DNA of 64,000 nucleotides from a virus, in IMG/VR virus record IMGVR_UViG_3300042387_002331; one strand, given 5' to 3'. The position numbers and the translations under genes are program-made. Shown here piece by piece: positions 20,593 through 31,430 of the stretch (position 1 is the first letter of the stretch; the number at the start of each line of letters is the position of its first letter). The notes below the pieces were generated by a model. The model did no database searches, was not told the origin of the DNA, and saw nothing but the letters and a program-made list of their open reading frames with translations.

Positions 20593-21558
20593 ATGAAACT
20601 AACAGACATTTTACGCGAAGTAGAAGGAGAAGAAGATGGTATGCAACAAGTAAAGGTTCGTTACGACCTTGCTGTAGAACCCGCTGATCTTGATAAAGCA
20701 CTAGCTGCTTTAAACGATACCAAAAATTATGGTATTTACGCACAAAACATGCGAGATCCGCAAGCTATCATAAAAGCATTCGGACCTTCAATTCCTGCGC
20801 AAAAAGCTGGAGCTGCTTGGAAAGATTGGGATTCTCGTTCAGATGATGAAAAAGCATTTAAGCTAATCGATATTAAAAACAGAGTACCTGAAGCATGGAC
20901 TGCTACTGAAAAAGAAGCAGAATCAGGCTATGAAAGATGGCAAGCAGAAGGAAATGATGGGAGCTTAAACGACTATCTATTTACTCTATCAGGTAAAGAA
21001 CTTCCAAAAAGTTTAGTTGGAACATATGGCAAGAACTATTTTCCAATGAAAACACCAGACAACTTAAAAAAATATGGTGGTAAATTGGAACAAGGTGTTC
21101 ATTATGTAGTAAAAGGTGATAAAATTGTTTTTCCTTCAACTCTAGAAAACCCATATAAAACAAAACCATACTTGTCTAAAGTATTGAAAACAATTATGGA
21201 CAATGCAGGAGTTAGCTTTGAATTAATCGATGTTGAACAGGATGTTGAAGAACCAGTAGCCGTTCAAAAACCTGAAAAAGAAGTTATTCCACCTTTATCC
21301 TATACAGCTGATTCAAGAGACAAAGTTGAAAAAGCAAGAAGCATATTCCAAAAAGAAATTGGAGAAGTTCCAACTGTAAAATACGAAATAGAATCTTTTG
21401 AATCGCCTGAGGGAAGAAAGTATAAACTTGTAGTAACAGGATTCCAAAACAAAGATCAACGTGCAAAACTTTTAGTTAGAAAAACTACGTTGAAAGAAGA
21501 ACAAGAATTTGATTTTGAAAAATACCAAATGCTTAGACGAGCAGGAATAATTAAATAA
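20593..21558 (+). CDS. Hypothetical protein with MKLTDILRE N-tag and MLRRAGIIK C-tag
   Basis: Class C promoter; terminal motifs shared with other late ORFs. Confidence 0.65.
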   Translation: MKLTDILREVEGEEDGMQQVKVRYDLAVEPADLDKALAALNDTKNYGIYAQNMRDPQAIIKAFGPSIPAQKAGAAWKDWDSRSDDEKAFKLIDIKNRVPEAWTATEKEAESGYERWQAEGNDGSLNDYLFTLSGKELPKSLVGTYGKNYFPMKTPDNLKKYGGKLEQGVHYVVKGDKIVFPSTLENPYKTKPYLSKVLKTIMDNAGVSFELIDVEQDVEEPVAVQKPEKEVIPPLSYTADSRDKVEKARSIFQKEIGEVPTVKYEIESFESPEGRKYKLVVTGFQNKDQRAKLLVRKTTLKEEQEFDFEKYQMLRRAGIIK

Positions 21559-21559
21559 G

Positions 21560-21937
21560 ATGGACAATTTTGATTTAAAAAAGTATTTAGCTGAAAATAA
21601 GCTAAACGAAGCTGAAGGAAACGACTTGTACTATACAGCAGGTGAAATGATTTCCCAAGTTGGTTTATTCACCCAAGAAAATGCAGATAGACTAGAAGCA
21701 GAAGATAGAGGAAACCTATATCGTTTCTTTGACACCCCAGAAGAAAAAACAGAACTAATCAAAATTTCAGAAGAATATAAAAACTATTTAGCTAAAGTAA
21801 AAGCAACAATGGACGAGTTAGTAAACGATCCAATGTATAGAGTTGCAGTTGGTGATGTAGGTGGAAAATATAGAGATAGAGGACCAGGAGAAACTTTACA
21901 AAAAGCTTATTATAGATCAAAAACAGAGCTTGCCTAG
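21560..21937 (+). CDS. Hypothetical protein with MDNFDLKKYLAENKLNE tag
   Basis: Co-transcribed with 20593. Confidence 0.65.
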   Translation: MDNFDLKKYLAENKLNEAEGNDLYYTAGEMISQVGLFTQENADRLEAEDRGNLYRFFDTPEEKTELIKISEEYKNYLAKVKATMDELVNDPMYRVAVGDVGGKYRDRGPGETLQKAYYRSKTELA

Positions 21938-21964
21938 TGCAAGCTTTTTTTGTATAATACGGTT

Positions 21965-22873
21965 ATGAAAGAAAACACATTGTACGTAGAGCGTTTTCGT
22001 CCTACTGAACTACAATACTATGTAGGAAACGAAAATGTAAAAGACACAATCCAAAAGTACCTAGACCAAGGTGATATTCAAAACTTCATCTTCTATGGGC
22101 CTGCAGGTACAGGTAAAACTACCCTAGCTAAAATTATAGTCAAAAACCTAGACTGTGATTATCTTTACATCAACGCAAGTGATGAAAATGGAATTGACAC
22201 AATTCGAGAAAAAGTAAAGGGATTTGCTAGTGCTGCATCTTGGAAAGGAATTAAAGTAGTAATCCTAGATGAAGCAGACTTCATCACTATTCAAGGACAA
22301 GCCGCTTTACGAAACGTAATTGAAACATTTTCACGTTCAACACGTTTTATCTTAACCTGTAACTTTATAGAGCGAATTATTGATCCTCTCCAATCACGTT
22401 GCCAGGTACTTAAAATTGTACCCCCAACAAAAATGGATGTGTACAACCATTTAACTTGGATTTTAGCTGATCAATTAAACATATCCTATACACCTGAAGA
22501 TTTAAAATCACTGATAGTAAAATACTATCCTGACATGCGTAAAATGTTAAACGTTTTACAGATGTCTGTAAAAGACGATAGTGTTGTACTTGATGAAACA
22601 GTTTTGACCTCAAACAACTATATCAAAGAGGTATTGAAAGAATTAGCAGGTAAGAAAAATTGGACAACCATTAGACAAACCATAGCAGATTCAAACGTTA
22701 AAGACTTTGAAGAACTATACCGCTCACTATTCGAATATAGTTCAAAATATGCCCCAGGTAAAGAAGGTTCTGTTGCAATTATATTGAACGAGCACCTCTA
22801 TCAAGCAAATTTTCGAATTGACAAAGAAATTAACGTAATGTCTGCAATTGCAAAGATTATAGAAGTTATATGA
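21965..22873 (+). CDS. Clamp loader AAA+ subunit (RFC / T4 gp44-like)
   Basis: VERFRP, GPAGTGKTT, INASDE, ILDEAD, LQSRC. Confidence 0.93.
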   Translation: MKENTLYVERFRPTELQYYVGNENVKDTIQKYLDQGDIQNFIFYGPAGTGKTTLAKIIVKNLDCDYLYINASDENGIDTIREKVKGFASAASWKGIKVVILDEADFITIQGQAALRNVIETFSRSTRFILTCNFIERIIDPLQSRCQVLKIVPPTKMDVYNHLTWILADQLNISYTPEDLKSLIVKYYPDMRKMLNVLQMSVKDDSVVLDETVLTSNNYIKEVLKELAGKKNWTTIRQTIADSNVKDFEELYRSLFEYSSKYAPGKEGSVAIILNEHLYQANFRIDKEINVMSAIAKIIEVI

Positions 22874-23082
22874 AACATTTCCTAAAATACACTCTTTCGT
22901 GGGTATCAAGTAATTTGTCCGTACCTTTTTGGACAGTTGGACATATCCACCTGATGACATCTATTTATGCTGATTTACATGAAATACTAATGTCATTTGG
23001 AATGAATATAATTGTAGCAGCAGGGTTTATCCATGACTTTATAGAATATAGAAAAGAAAAAGTAACCAATAAAAACAAATAA
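22870..23082 (+). CDS. Small membrane protein
   Basis: Two hydrophobic segments. Confidence 0.5.
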   Translation: MKHFLKYTLSWVSSNLSVPFWTVGHIHLMTSIYADLHEILMSFGMNIIVAAGFIHDFIEYRKEKVTNKNK

Positions 23083-23083
23083 A

Positions 23084-23329
23084 ATGCAAGAACAACCAAG
23101 GTTGAACATCGACTTTAAAAACACAACAGCTGTAACTGGCTTTGATGGAGGTCATCTATTTGGACAAGCAATCATTGTCCGTAAAATTTCTAAATTTTTA
23201 ATCGGAGCTGAAGAAGATTCACTCATCCCAATCCCAGTATTTTATGATATGGAAAGTAAAAAAATCTTACCTGATTCACTCCCACCAGAACTTCGTGACG
23301 AATACAAAGATATTACTTTAGATGCCTAA
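23084..23329 (+). CDS. Phage hypothetical protein
   Basis: RKISKF...IPIPVF. Confidence 0.65.
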   Translation: MQEQPRLNIDFKNTTAVTGFDGGHLFGQAIIVRKISKFLIGAEEDSLIPIPVFYDMESKKILPDSLPPELRDEYKDITLDA

Positions 23330-23380
23330 AAAACATACATAGATTTGTATCCTTCTAATATGTATAATAAACGAAGTGAT

Positions 23381-23977
23381 ATGAAAATATGTAATGTGTG
23401 TAAAACAGAAAAACCATTAGACGAATATTTTAGATCGAATCATGGTACCTGTAAAGTTTGTAATCGAGAAAAGAATCGTGAACGCAACAAAAAAAGGTAC
23501 CATGACGATCCCACCCATAAACAAGAACAGTTAAATAGAACAAAACAATATGTTAAAGAAACTGGATATTGGGCTAAATGGAGGGAAAATAACAGAGACA
23601 AAATAAAAGAATCCAATACAAAAAACAAAGAATATAAACGTCAGTGGTCCCAAAAACAAAGACAAAGTAACATCCAACACAGATTAAAAGAAAATATCCG
23701 AAGTAGAATATACTTAGCTTTAAAAAATAAAAGTAATTCAAGTAAAGAACTTTTAGGTTGCCCTATTAAAAAATATATTATATATTTAGAGCAACAATTT
23801 GACCAAAACATGAATTGGGAAAACTATGGAACATATTGGGAAATAGATCATATTAAACCAATTTCATTGTTTGATTTGACAAAAGAACAAGAAATTAAAA
23901 AATGCTTCAACTATAAAAATACAAAACCACTCTCTATAAATGAAAACCGGCAAAAAGGAAATAAAGAATATTTTTGA
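23381..23977 (+). mobile_element. Free-standing HNH homing endonuclease
   Basis: N-terminal CxxC..CxxC; MNWENYG.WEIDHIKP..F, NxxPL..ENRQK; own class C promoter at ~23358. Confidence 0.85.
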
Positions 23978-24377
23978 ATGGCTTAATGAAATAACCCTCT
24001 ACAAAACCCCAATTAAAGGTATTTCGGAAGAATCATGGGAAAAATGGAATTCTTATATGGTTCACCGGTATTTATCAATGAATATAAATTATGTTGAACT
24101 AGCTAATTTTGTTCAAACTCTACCATACGAGAACAAACAACAAACATATTTAATTTATAGAGAGATGATCCCAAAAACTAAAACGTTCTTGAAGTACGTT
24201 AAGTCAAGAACAAAGAGACAGCCTGTTACTTTGGTAGAGTACGTAGCAAAACATTTTGAATGCAGTTTAGGCGAAGCTGAAGAATATATTGACATTTTAC
24301 GTGAACATGGAGTAAGAAATGTTCTATACAAAATGGGTGTTGAAGATAAAGAAGTAGAAAAACTATTAAAAAAATGA
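23940..24377 (+). CDS. Clamp loader small subunit (T4 gp62-like)
   Basis: IFEWLNEI...NSYMVHRYLS...FLKYVK...VAKHFECSLGEA pattern. Confidence 0.7.
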   Translation: MKTGKKEIKNIFEWLNEITLYKTPIKGISEESWEKWNSYMVHRYLSMNINYVELANFVQTLPYENKQQTYLIYREMIPKTKTFLKYVKSRTKRQPVTLVEYVAKHFECSLGEAEEYIDILREHGVRNVLYKMGVEDKEVEKLLKK

Positions 24378-24589
24378 ATAGAGAAATTAAGGTTACAGAT
24401 TCAATTGTTGATTCAGTTATTGACCAGTTTGTTTCAAGAGCCACATTTGGTAAAACAAAATATGGAGTTGATTTAGACCGTGAAGATTTAAGCGTTTTAG
24501 AGTGGATTGAACACGCTAAACAAGAACACATGGATGCGATTTTATATTTGGAAAAATTGAAAAAAATCGTAGAGACCAAAGGACTATAA
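24374..24589 (+). CDS. Small helical phage protein, possibly MazG-like
   Basis: GKTKYG...WIEHAKQEHMDAILY. Confidence 0.45.
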   Translation: MNREIKVTDSIVDSVIDQFVSRATFGKTKYGVDLDREDLSVLEWIEHAKQEHMDAILYLEKLKKIVETKGL

Positions 24590-24610
24590 TATTTATAATA
24601 AAATACCAAA

Positions 24611-25069
24611 ATGGATAAAGAAACATTACGTATGCAAATGCTAGCTGGGGTAATTACAGAAAGCGAATATAAAGCAAAATTAGAAGAATCTAAAAAAGAC
24701 TCATTAAACGAACACTACGTTGCAGGAGGAATTGTAGGAATTGGAGCTATCAACCAAATCCCACCTCGCGCTAAAACAGATTACGAAGATGCTTTTGAAT
24801 ACTTTTTAAGTCAAAAATACCCTTTAAACGAGGAAGAAAGCGTTAATGAAAACGTAATGGCCGTAGGTAATGAAGTTGAACATCCTGAAGGTACTGGTAC
24901 AATTGAATTAGTTACTGACTATGCTTCATATGCTGATGAGATTGATGCTAATCTTGGAATGGATTGGGAATCTATGACTCCAAAAGAAGAATTAACCTGG
25001 TATAAAATTAAAGGTGATGATGGAGAAACTTATTGGTTTGATGAAGAAGAATTAAGCGAATTTAATTAA
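24611..25069 (+). CDS. Acidic hypothetical protein with RMQMLAGVITE tag and LNE/VNE sites
   Basis: Class C promoter; tag shared with 16653. Confidence 0.65.
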   Translation: MDKETLRMQMLAGVITESEYKAKLEESKKDSLNEHYVAGGIVGIGAINQIPPRAKTDYEDAFEYFLSQKYPLNEEESVNENVMAVGNEVEHPEGTGTIELVTDYASYADEIDANLGMDWESMTPKEELTWYKIKGDDGETYWFDEEELSEFN

Positions 25070-25077
25070 TATATTTC

Positions 25078-25311
25078 ATGAACCAAAGAGACACAATCAC
25101 ATTAGACGTTCCTCTATTTATTCGTTTACTCGAATACGCTAGAGAAGATGCTCAAACCGACATGGACTTACACAACGTATCAGAAAATGCAATCGGTTTA
25201 GCACTTTCAGGAAAAACGTTAACAATGAAAGACTACAACATGATTGTTGGTTCCCCTGAAGACATTGAAGAAATTAAAATGCTCCAAATACGAGCTGGGA
25301 TTATTAAATAA
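25078..25311 (+). CDS. Hypothetical protein with C-terminal MLQIRAGIIK
   Basis: C-terminal motif shared with 20593. Confidence 0.65.
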   Translation: MNQRDTITLDVPLFIRLLEYAREDAQTDMDLHNVSENAIGLALSGKTLTMKDYNMIVGSPEDIEEIKMLQIRAGIIK

Positions 25312-25366
25312 AAATACTTTTACAGAAGAGCTTGCCTAACCGCAAGCTTTTTTTTATCTTTAGGTA

Positions 25367-26302
25367 ATGAAAAAAAAGTTACCTTCCATATTAAAGGAAA
25401 TAAAAACTAAGGTTTTACCACAAATAGACTACGCAACTCAAAAGTCTATTTCATATTCTCAAATGTCCATGTTTAATGAGTGCCCTAAAAAATGGTCACT
25501 ACAATATAGAGAAGGTCACAAACAATTTACTTCTTCAATTCATACTGTTTTTGGGACTGCACTACACGAAGTACTCCAACATTATCTTACAGTAATGTAT
25601 GAACAAAGCGGAGCAGAAGCAGACCGCATTAACACAGCTGAAATGCTCGAAGAAAAACTCCGTGAAGAATACAAAAAACAATACCAAGCAAACAACAACC
25701 AACACTTTGTTACCCCAGACGAACTCAGAGAATTCTATGACGATGGAGTAGAAATCATAAGAGAAATAGCAAAAGAAAGAGGTAAACACTTTAGCAAACG
25801 AGGATGGCATTTAGTTGGATGTGAAGTACCTCTTATATTGACTCCAAATCCAAAACTACAAAACATAATGTTTCAAGGGTTTTTAGATGTTGTTTTATAC
25901 CACGAACCAACCAACACATTCAAAATCATAGACATTAAAACAAGCAGACAAGGTTGGAGTAAAAAAGAAAAATCAAACGAACAAAAGCAATTTCAACTTA
26001 TCCTATACAAAAAATACTATTCGGAACTATACAACGTACCAATAGAAAATGTAGAGGTAGAATTTATGATTGTAAAACGTAAAATATTTGAAAGCGAACA
26101 ATTTACAATCAAACGTGTACAATGGTACAAACCGGCTTCGGGTAAAGTAAAATTAAATAAAGTAACGAAATCAATTGAAGAATTTATAGAACAGGCGTTT
26201 GATCGAAACGGCTTTAAACAAGTTGAACACCAACCAAAAGTAAATGATAATTGCAAGTGGTGTCCTTTTTACAAAACTCATTTATGCTCTGCGACCTACT
26301 AA
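25367..26302 (+). CDS. PD-(D/E)XK exonuclease (Cas4/AddB-like, Fe-S)
   Basis: SYSQ..CP, GTALHE, GFLD, IIDIKT, QLxLY, CKWCP...C. Confidence 0.85.
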   Translation: MKKKLPSILKEIKTKVLPQIDYATQKSISYSQMSMFNECPKKWSLQYREGHKQFTSSIHTVFGTALHEVLQHYLTVMYEQSGAEADRINTAEMLEEKLREEYKKQYQANNNQHFVTPDELREFYDDGVEIIREIAKERGKHFSKRGWHLVGCEVPLILTPNPKLQNIMFQGFLDVVLYHEPTNTFKIIDIKTSRQGWSKKEKSNEQKQFQLILYKKYYSELYNVPIENVEVEFMIVKRKIFESEQFTIKRVQWYKPASGKVKLNKVTKSIEEFIEQAFDRNGFKQVEHQPKVNDNCKWCPFYKTHLCSATY

Positions 26303-26345
26303 TATACTACCATATGTATATACGATAATATTAATTTAAAAACAT

Positions 26346-26543
26346 ATGAGTGAAAAAAACCAACAGTTAACAAGCGTCAAACTAGACAAAGACCTGTTTG
26401 AACAATTTAAAGTAGAGTGTATTAAACGTAAATTTTCGTTTCAAAAATTAAGTGAACGAGCAGTTCACCTTTATTTAACAGACGAAGACTTTAGAAAACA
26501 AATCCACAACCACAACAACCTAAGCTTGGAAAGCGAAGAGTAA
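26346..26543 (+). CDS. Small ribbon-helix-helix-like DNA-binding protein
   Basis: LTSVKLD..LFEQFK...FSFQKL.E.AV. Confidence 0.55.
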   Translation: MSEKNQQLTSVKLDKDLFEQFKVECIKRKFSFQKLSERAVHLYLTDEDFRKQIHNHNNLSLESEE

Positions 26544-26576
26544 ATTTGTACATTAAACCAAAACAAATATAGTTAT

Positions 26577-28016
26577 ATGAATTCAAGTTTTAAGTATCTA
26601 CCGCAGAATGAGCGGAAAAAAATCATGCTAATTTGTGATGACATTCGAGTACACTCCGGTGTAGCAACAGTGGCACGCGAATTAGTTTTAAACACAGCCC
26701 AACATTTCAATTGGGTTAACATTGCGGGAGCAATAAATCATCCCGAAAAAGGAAAACGATTTGACATTTCCAAAGACACTAACACAAACACAGGTTTAAC
26801 AGATTCTTCTGTTTTCTTGTATCCGGTTGATGGCTATGGAAATCCAGATTTGATCCGTCAATTGATTGCAATTGAACAACCAGATGCAATCATGTTAATT
26901 ACCGATCCAAGATATTTTGAATGGTTATTTCAAATCGAAAACGAGATTAGAAAAGAAATGCCAATCATTTATTTGAACATCTGGGATGATTATCCGGCAC
27001 CGTTGTACAACAAAGCATTTTACGAGTCATGTGATGCATTGTTAGCAATTTCAAAACAAACAAAATTGATTAACGAGCTTGTTTTAGGTGAAAAAGCTAA
27101 AAACAAAGTGATTCACTATGTTCCTCATGGATTGAATCATGAAATATATTATCCGATTGAAAAGGAAAATGAATTAAAAGAACTTGAAGCGTTTAAAAAG
27201 CAAATTTTTGGAGGTGATGAAAAGGATTTTGTAGTGTTTTTTAATTCAAGAAACATTCGACGTAAACAAATTCCGGATACAATGTTAGCTTTTAGGTTGT
27301 TTTTAGACACATTACCGAAAGAAAAAGCAGATAAATGTGCTATGGTAATGCACACCGAAATTGTAAGCGATCACGGAACAGATTTAGAAGCAGTTAGAAA
27401 AGTATTGTTTCCAAAATACCCTAAAGCAATTTATTTTTCAACAAACAAGTTAGACAGTAAACAGTTAAACCAATTTTATAATTTAGCAGATGCTCAAATT
27501 TTATTGACATCAAATGAAGGTTGGGGATTGTCATTGACAGAAGCGATTTTAGCAGGAACTGTAATTATAGCAAACGTAACAGGTGGTATGCAAGACCAAA
27601 TGCGTTTTGAAGATGAATATGGTAATTGGTTTACACCGTCTCCGAAAATTCCTTCAAACCACACAGGCCGTTATAAAAACCATGGTTCATGGGCGTTTCC
27701 GGTTTATCCAACAAGCCGCTCAATTCAAGGTTCACCTAAAACACCTTATATTTGGGATGATAGATGTACTGCTGAAGATGCAGCAGCTCGTATATCCGAA
27801 GTATATGCGTTGGATAGAGCAACAAGAAAAGACCTTGGTAAAGTAGGAAGACATTGGGCTGTAAACGAAGCTGGTCTTACAGGAGAGCATATGGGAGTTA
27901 GAGCAATTCACGCGATAGATAAATTATTTAACACGTGGACTCCGCGAGAAAGATATGAGCTAATCAACGTTAATGAAGTTAAAGAAGACACAATTGATCA
28001 CGAATTTGTATATTAA
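26577..28016 (+). CDS. GT-B (GT4-like) glycosyltransferase
   Basis: SGVA, PHG, RNIRRK, SNEGWGLSLTEA. Confidence 0.85.
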   Translation: MNSSFKYLPQNERKKIMLICDDIRVHSGVATVARELVLNTAQHFNWVNIAGAINHPEKGKRFDISKDTNTNTGLTDSSVFLYPVDGYGNPDLIRQLIAIEQPDAIMLITDPRYFEWLFQIENEIRKEMPIIYLNIWDDYPAPLYNKAFYESCDALLAISKQTKLINELVLGEKAKNKVIHYVPHGLNHEIYYPIEKENELKELEAFKKQIFGGDEKDFVVFFNSRNIRRKQIPDTMLAFRLFLDTLPKEKADKCAMVMHTEIVSDHGTDLEAVRKVLFPKYPKAIYFSTNKLDSKQLNQFYNLADAQILLTSNEGWGLSLTEAILAGTVIIANVTGGMQDQMRFEDEYGNWFTPSPKIPSNHTGRYKNHGSWAFPVYPTSRSIQGSPKTPYIWDDRCTAEDAAARISEVYALDRATRKDLGKVGRHWAVNEAGLTGEHMGVRAIHAIDKLFNTWTPRERYELINVNEVKEDTIDHEFVY

Positions 28017-28022
28017 AAAGTT

Positions 28023-28259
28023 ATGGAAAATTTAACACAACAATTAACAGCAAAACAGATATACGATAACTATATCAATCATCCTACAACAGAGGATAGT
28101 TTCAAATTATTTTACACACGAAAACTTAATGATAGTGTAGAATTAAAGGCTCAAAAGTTTGAATCAAAAGACGAAGATTATTGTATTTCTTTATTAGAAT
28201 CAATAATGGACTTAGAAGATTTTTTAGGATGGCCATTTGGTGATAAAATTTTTAAATAA
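28023..28259 (+). CDS. Hypothetical protein
   Basis: ORF with gttATG leader. Confidence 0.5.
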   Translation: MENLTQQLTAKQIYDNYINHPTTEDSFKLFYTRKLNDSVELKAQKFESKDEDYCISLLESIMDLEDFLGWPFGDKIFK

Positions 28260-28307
28260 ATTGTACTTTCCAATGGGCACACATATGTATAATAAAACGT
28301 GTGCCTA

Positions 28308-28985
28308 ATGGATTATACAAGAATATACAACCAAATTATTAAACGTGCCCAAACCCGTAAACTAGAGGGATATGTTGAAAAACATCATATAATCCCAAAA
28401 TGTATTGGAGGTTTAGATGAAAAAGAAAATATTGTTGAATTGACTGCTCGTGAACATTTTTTATGCCATATGTTACTTTGTGAAATATACTCAAAAGAAA
28501 ATAAACTCAAACATGCTTTGTTTTTGATGGCTATAGGAAAACAGAAAGTAAAAGAAAAAACATATGTTATAGGTTCAAGGGTGTATGAGCGGTTAAAAGA
28601 AGAATATTCTGCTATGTTAACTGGGAAAAAACAATCTCAAGATACCAAAAACAAGAAGAGTAAAAGTATGTTGGGTATTTGGGATGGAAAAACAAAAGAA
28701 GAAATGTCTGAAATTGGACAAAAAAGATGGAATACAAGGAAGGAAAATGGAACTGATAAAATAACTTGGGGAAACAAAATATCCCAATCTTTGAAAGGAA
28801 GAGATACTACCCAAGCAAACCAATCTAGAAGTAAACCTATTCTCCAATTTGATACTCAAAATAATTTCCTTAAAGAATGGCCAAGCATTTCAGAAGCTGA
28901 AAGGCAACTAGGAGGAGACATTAAAAGTGCAATTGCAGGAAGACAGAAAACAGCTGCAGGATTTATTTGGAAACCTAAAAATTAA
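28308..28985 (+). mobile_element. HNH homing endonuclease with C-terminal NUMOD1-like module
   Basis: YVEKHHIIPKCIGG..N..LTAREHFLCH; C-terminal KPILQFD...EWPSISEA...GRQKTAAGFIW. Confidence 0.88.
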
Positions 28986-29012
28986 ATTATATATTAAATT
29001 AAAATAAAAAAT

Positions 29013-30305
29013 ATGAGTAAACCAGTTTTTGTAATTAGTTGTGCAATTGATACATACAGTGGCTATGGAGCACGTTCTCGCGATATCGTTAAAGCGATTA
29101 TTGAATTAGATAAGTATGATGTAAAAGTCCTACCCCAACGATGGGGAAACACCCCATTTGGATTTATTAAAAACAATCCAGAGTGGGAATTTTTAGCAAA
29201 ACATTTACTTCAAACCCCTCAATTACCAGCACAACCTGAAATTTGGATGCAAATTACAGTTCCAAATGAATTCCAACCAGTAGGAAAATATAATATTGGA
29301 TGTACAGCTGGAATTGAAACCACAATAGCACCAGCTGAATGGGTTGAAGGTTGTGGTCGTATGAATTTGATTTTAGGTTCTTCTGAACATACAATTAAAG
29401 TACTTAAAGAAAGTAAATTTGAAAAGCGCGATCAACAAACAAACCAAACAGTAGGGATTATTGAATGGAAAGGTGATAGTGAAGTAATTTTTGAAGGCGC
29501 TAATACTGAAACATACAAACCAGTAAAATCAACATTTGATTTATCTAATATAAAAGAAGAATTTGCTTATTTGTTTGTAGGACATTGGATGCAAGGTGCT
29601 TTAGGTGAAGATAGAAAAAATGTAGGGTTATTAGTAAAAGCGTTTTATGAAACGTTTAAAAACAAAGCTAAAAAACCTGCACTTATCTTAAAAACATCTA
29701 CTGTAGGATCTTCTTACATGGATAGAGATGAATTGATTAAACGTATTCAAGCAATTAAAGCAACAGTAAAATCAACTAACCTACCAAACATTTATTTGTT
29801 GCATGGTGAATTTACTGATGTTGAAATGAACGAAATCTATAACCATTCTAAAGTTAAAGCAATGATTAACTTAACTAAAGGAGAAGGATTTGGTCGCCCA
29901 TTACTTGAGTTCTCACTTACAAACAAACCAATTATTACAACAAATTGGAGTGGCCATACTGATTATTTAAACCCTGAATTTACTACACTTCTACCAGGTA
30001 CATTAACAAAAGTACACCCTTCAGCAGCAAATAGTATGCTATTAGCAGATGCAGAATGGTTTAGTGTAGACACAGGTCATGTAGGACACTATTTAAAAGA
30101 TGTATTTGAAAACTATAAAGGGTATGCTGAAAATGCAAAACGACAAGGGTTTCAATCACGTAACAAGTTTTCATTTAGTGCTATGAAAGAAAAACTAGGT
30201 AACTTGTTTGAAAGTAAAATCCCTGAATTTCCAAAACATGTTCAACTACAATTACCTAAGTTAAATAAAATTGAATTACCAAAACTTAAAAAAGTAGAAG
30301 CATAA
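29013..30305 (+). CDS. GT-B (GT4-like) glycosyltransferase
   Basis: SGYG, RKN, KGEGFGRPLLE, PIITTNWSGH. Confidence 0.85.
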   Translation: MSKPVFVISCAIDTYSGYGARSRDIVKAIIELDKYDVKVLPQRWGNTPFGFIKNNPEWEFLAKHLLQTPQLPAQPEIWMQITVPNEFQPVGKYNIGCTAGIETTIAPAEWVEGCGRMNLILGSSEHTIKVLKESKFEKRDQQTNQTVGIIEWKGDSEVIFEGANTETYKPVKSTFDLSNIKEEFAYLFVGHWMQGALGEDRKNVGLLVKAFYETFKNKAKKPALILKTSTVGSSYMDRDELIKRIQAIKATVKSTNLPNIYLLHGEFTDVEMNEIYNHSKVKAMINLTKGEGFGRPLLEFSLTNKPIITTNWSGHTDYLNPEFTTLLPGTLTKVHPSAANSMLLADAEWFSVDTGHVGHYLKDVFENYKGYAENAKRQGFQSRNKFSFSAMKEKLGNLFESKIPEFPKHVQLQLPKLNKIELPKLKKVEA

Positions 30306-30772
30306 TGCAACACGAAGAAATAATTAACTGTCCTAAATCAGGAGGCGACTTGTGCTATAAAACACAAGTTGCTCCTGAAATATATAACTATTTAAGTTTA
30401 TCTTGTGGATTTTGGACAAATTCATTTATGACCGAAGACCATGAGTTTTACAAACAACAAATAGAAACGTTACCTGAGCTATACAAAGATTTAGCTTGGA
30501 CTGACCCTGAAACTGGTTTAATTTGGCTTCCAAACACAATTAACCAGCCTGAATTAGGTATGATATTTGCTAATGGTTCAAGCATCTCTAATTGGGGATG
30601 GGCAGCTGTTAAAGCCATTAAGGTTTCAGAAGAAGATAAAGAAAAATATCCAATCCCTGGCAAACCAGGAGAGTTTATGAAATATAGAATGGATATGAAA
30701 AACATGAAAATGTTTGCAGAACGTGACTATATTGAAGCTTTAGATCATATTGGAATCTTTCAAAATAGTTAG
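30305..30772 (+). CDS. Hypothetical protein
   Basis: Coupled ORF. Confidence 0.6.
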   Translation: MQHEEIINCPKSGGDLCYKTQVAPEIYNYLSLSCGFWTNSFMTEDHEFYKQQIETLPELYKDLAWTDPETGLIWLPNTINQPELGMIFANGSSISNWGWAAVKAIKVSEEDKEKYPIPGKPGEFMKYRMDMKNMKMFAERDYIEALDHIGIFQNS

Positions 30773-30806
30773 GATATTTAAAAAATGTTTTGTATAATAA
30801 GAGCAC

Positions 30807-31430
30807 ATGAAAATTACATACGCAATCACAGTCTGTAACGAATTTATTGAAATTCAACGTTTAGTGAACTTTTTGCTTCGTCACAAACGCATACAAGACA
30901 ACATAGTGATTTTATTTGATGAAGCAAATGGTGACCCCGAAGTGGAAAGTTTTCTCCGCACCCACTCCATAAATGGAGAATTTTCATGGCACAAAGGAAA
31001 ATTTGATCGCCATTTCGCAGACTGGAAAAATAAATTGACCAGTTTGTGTAATGGTGATTACATTTTCCAGATTGATGCTGATGAGATACCTCATGAAAAT
31101 TTAATTAACAATTTACCTTATGTCTTAGAAAACAATCCACTTGTAGAAACGTTTACTATACCTAGAGTAAATACAGTAGAAGGTTTAACCCTAGAACATA
31201 TTCAAAAATGGAGATGGGGAGTAAATCAAGATGGTTGGGTAAATTGGCCTGATTTTCAAACCCGAATTTACAAAAACCGTCCTGAAATAAAATGGGTAAA
31301 TAAAGTACATGAAAGGCTTAGTGGTTATAAACAATTTGCTTACCTCCCAACAGAAGAAGAATGGGCTTTATATCATCCAAAAACTATTCAGAAACAAGAA
31401 AAACAAAATAATTTATACGATACGTTATGA
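30807..31430 (+). CDS. GT2 glycosyltransferase
   Basis: ITVCNE, IFQIDADE, KVHE. Confidence 0.85.
   Translation: MKITYAITVCNEFIEIQRLVNFLLRHKRIQDNIVILFDEANGDPEVESFLRTHSINGEFSWHKGKFDRHFADWKNKLTSLCNGDYIFQIDADEIPHENLINNLPYVLENNPLVETFTIPRVNTVEGLTLEHIQKWRWGVNQDGWVNWPDFQTRIYKNRPEIKWVNKVHERLSGYKQFAYLPTEEEWALYHPKTIQKQEKQNNLYDTL

Noticed and set aside
25367-26302. Cas4 as evidence of a CRISPR system
   Set aside because: It is a solo PD-(D/E)XK nuclease of a type common in phages; there is no array or other cas gene.
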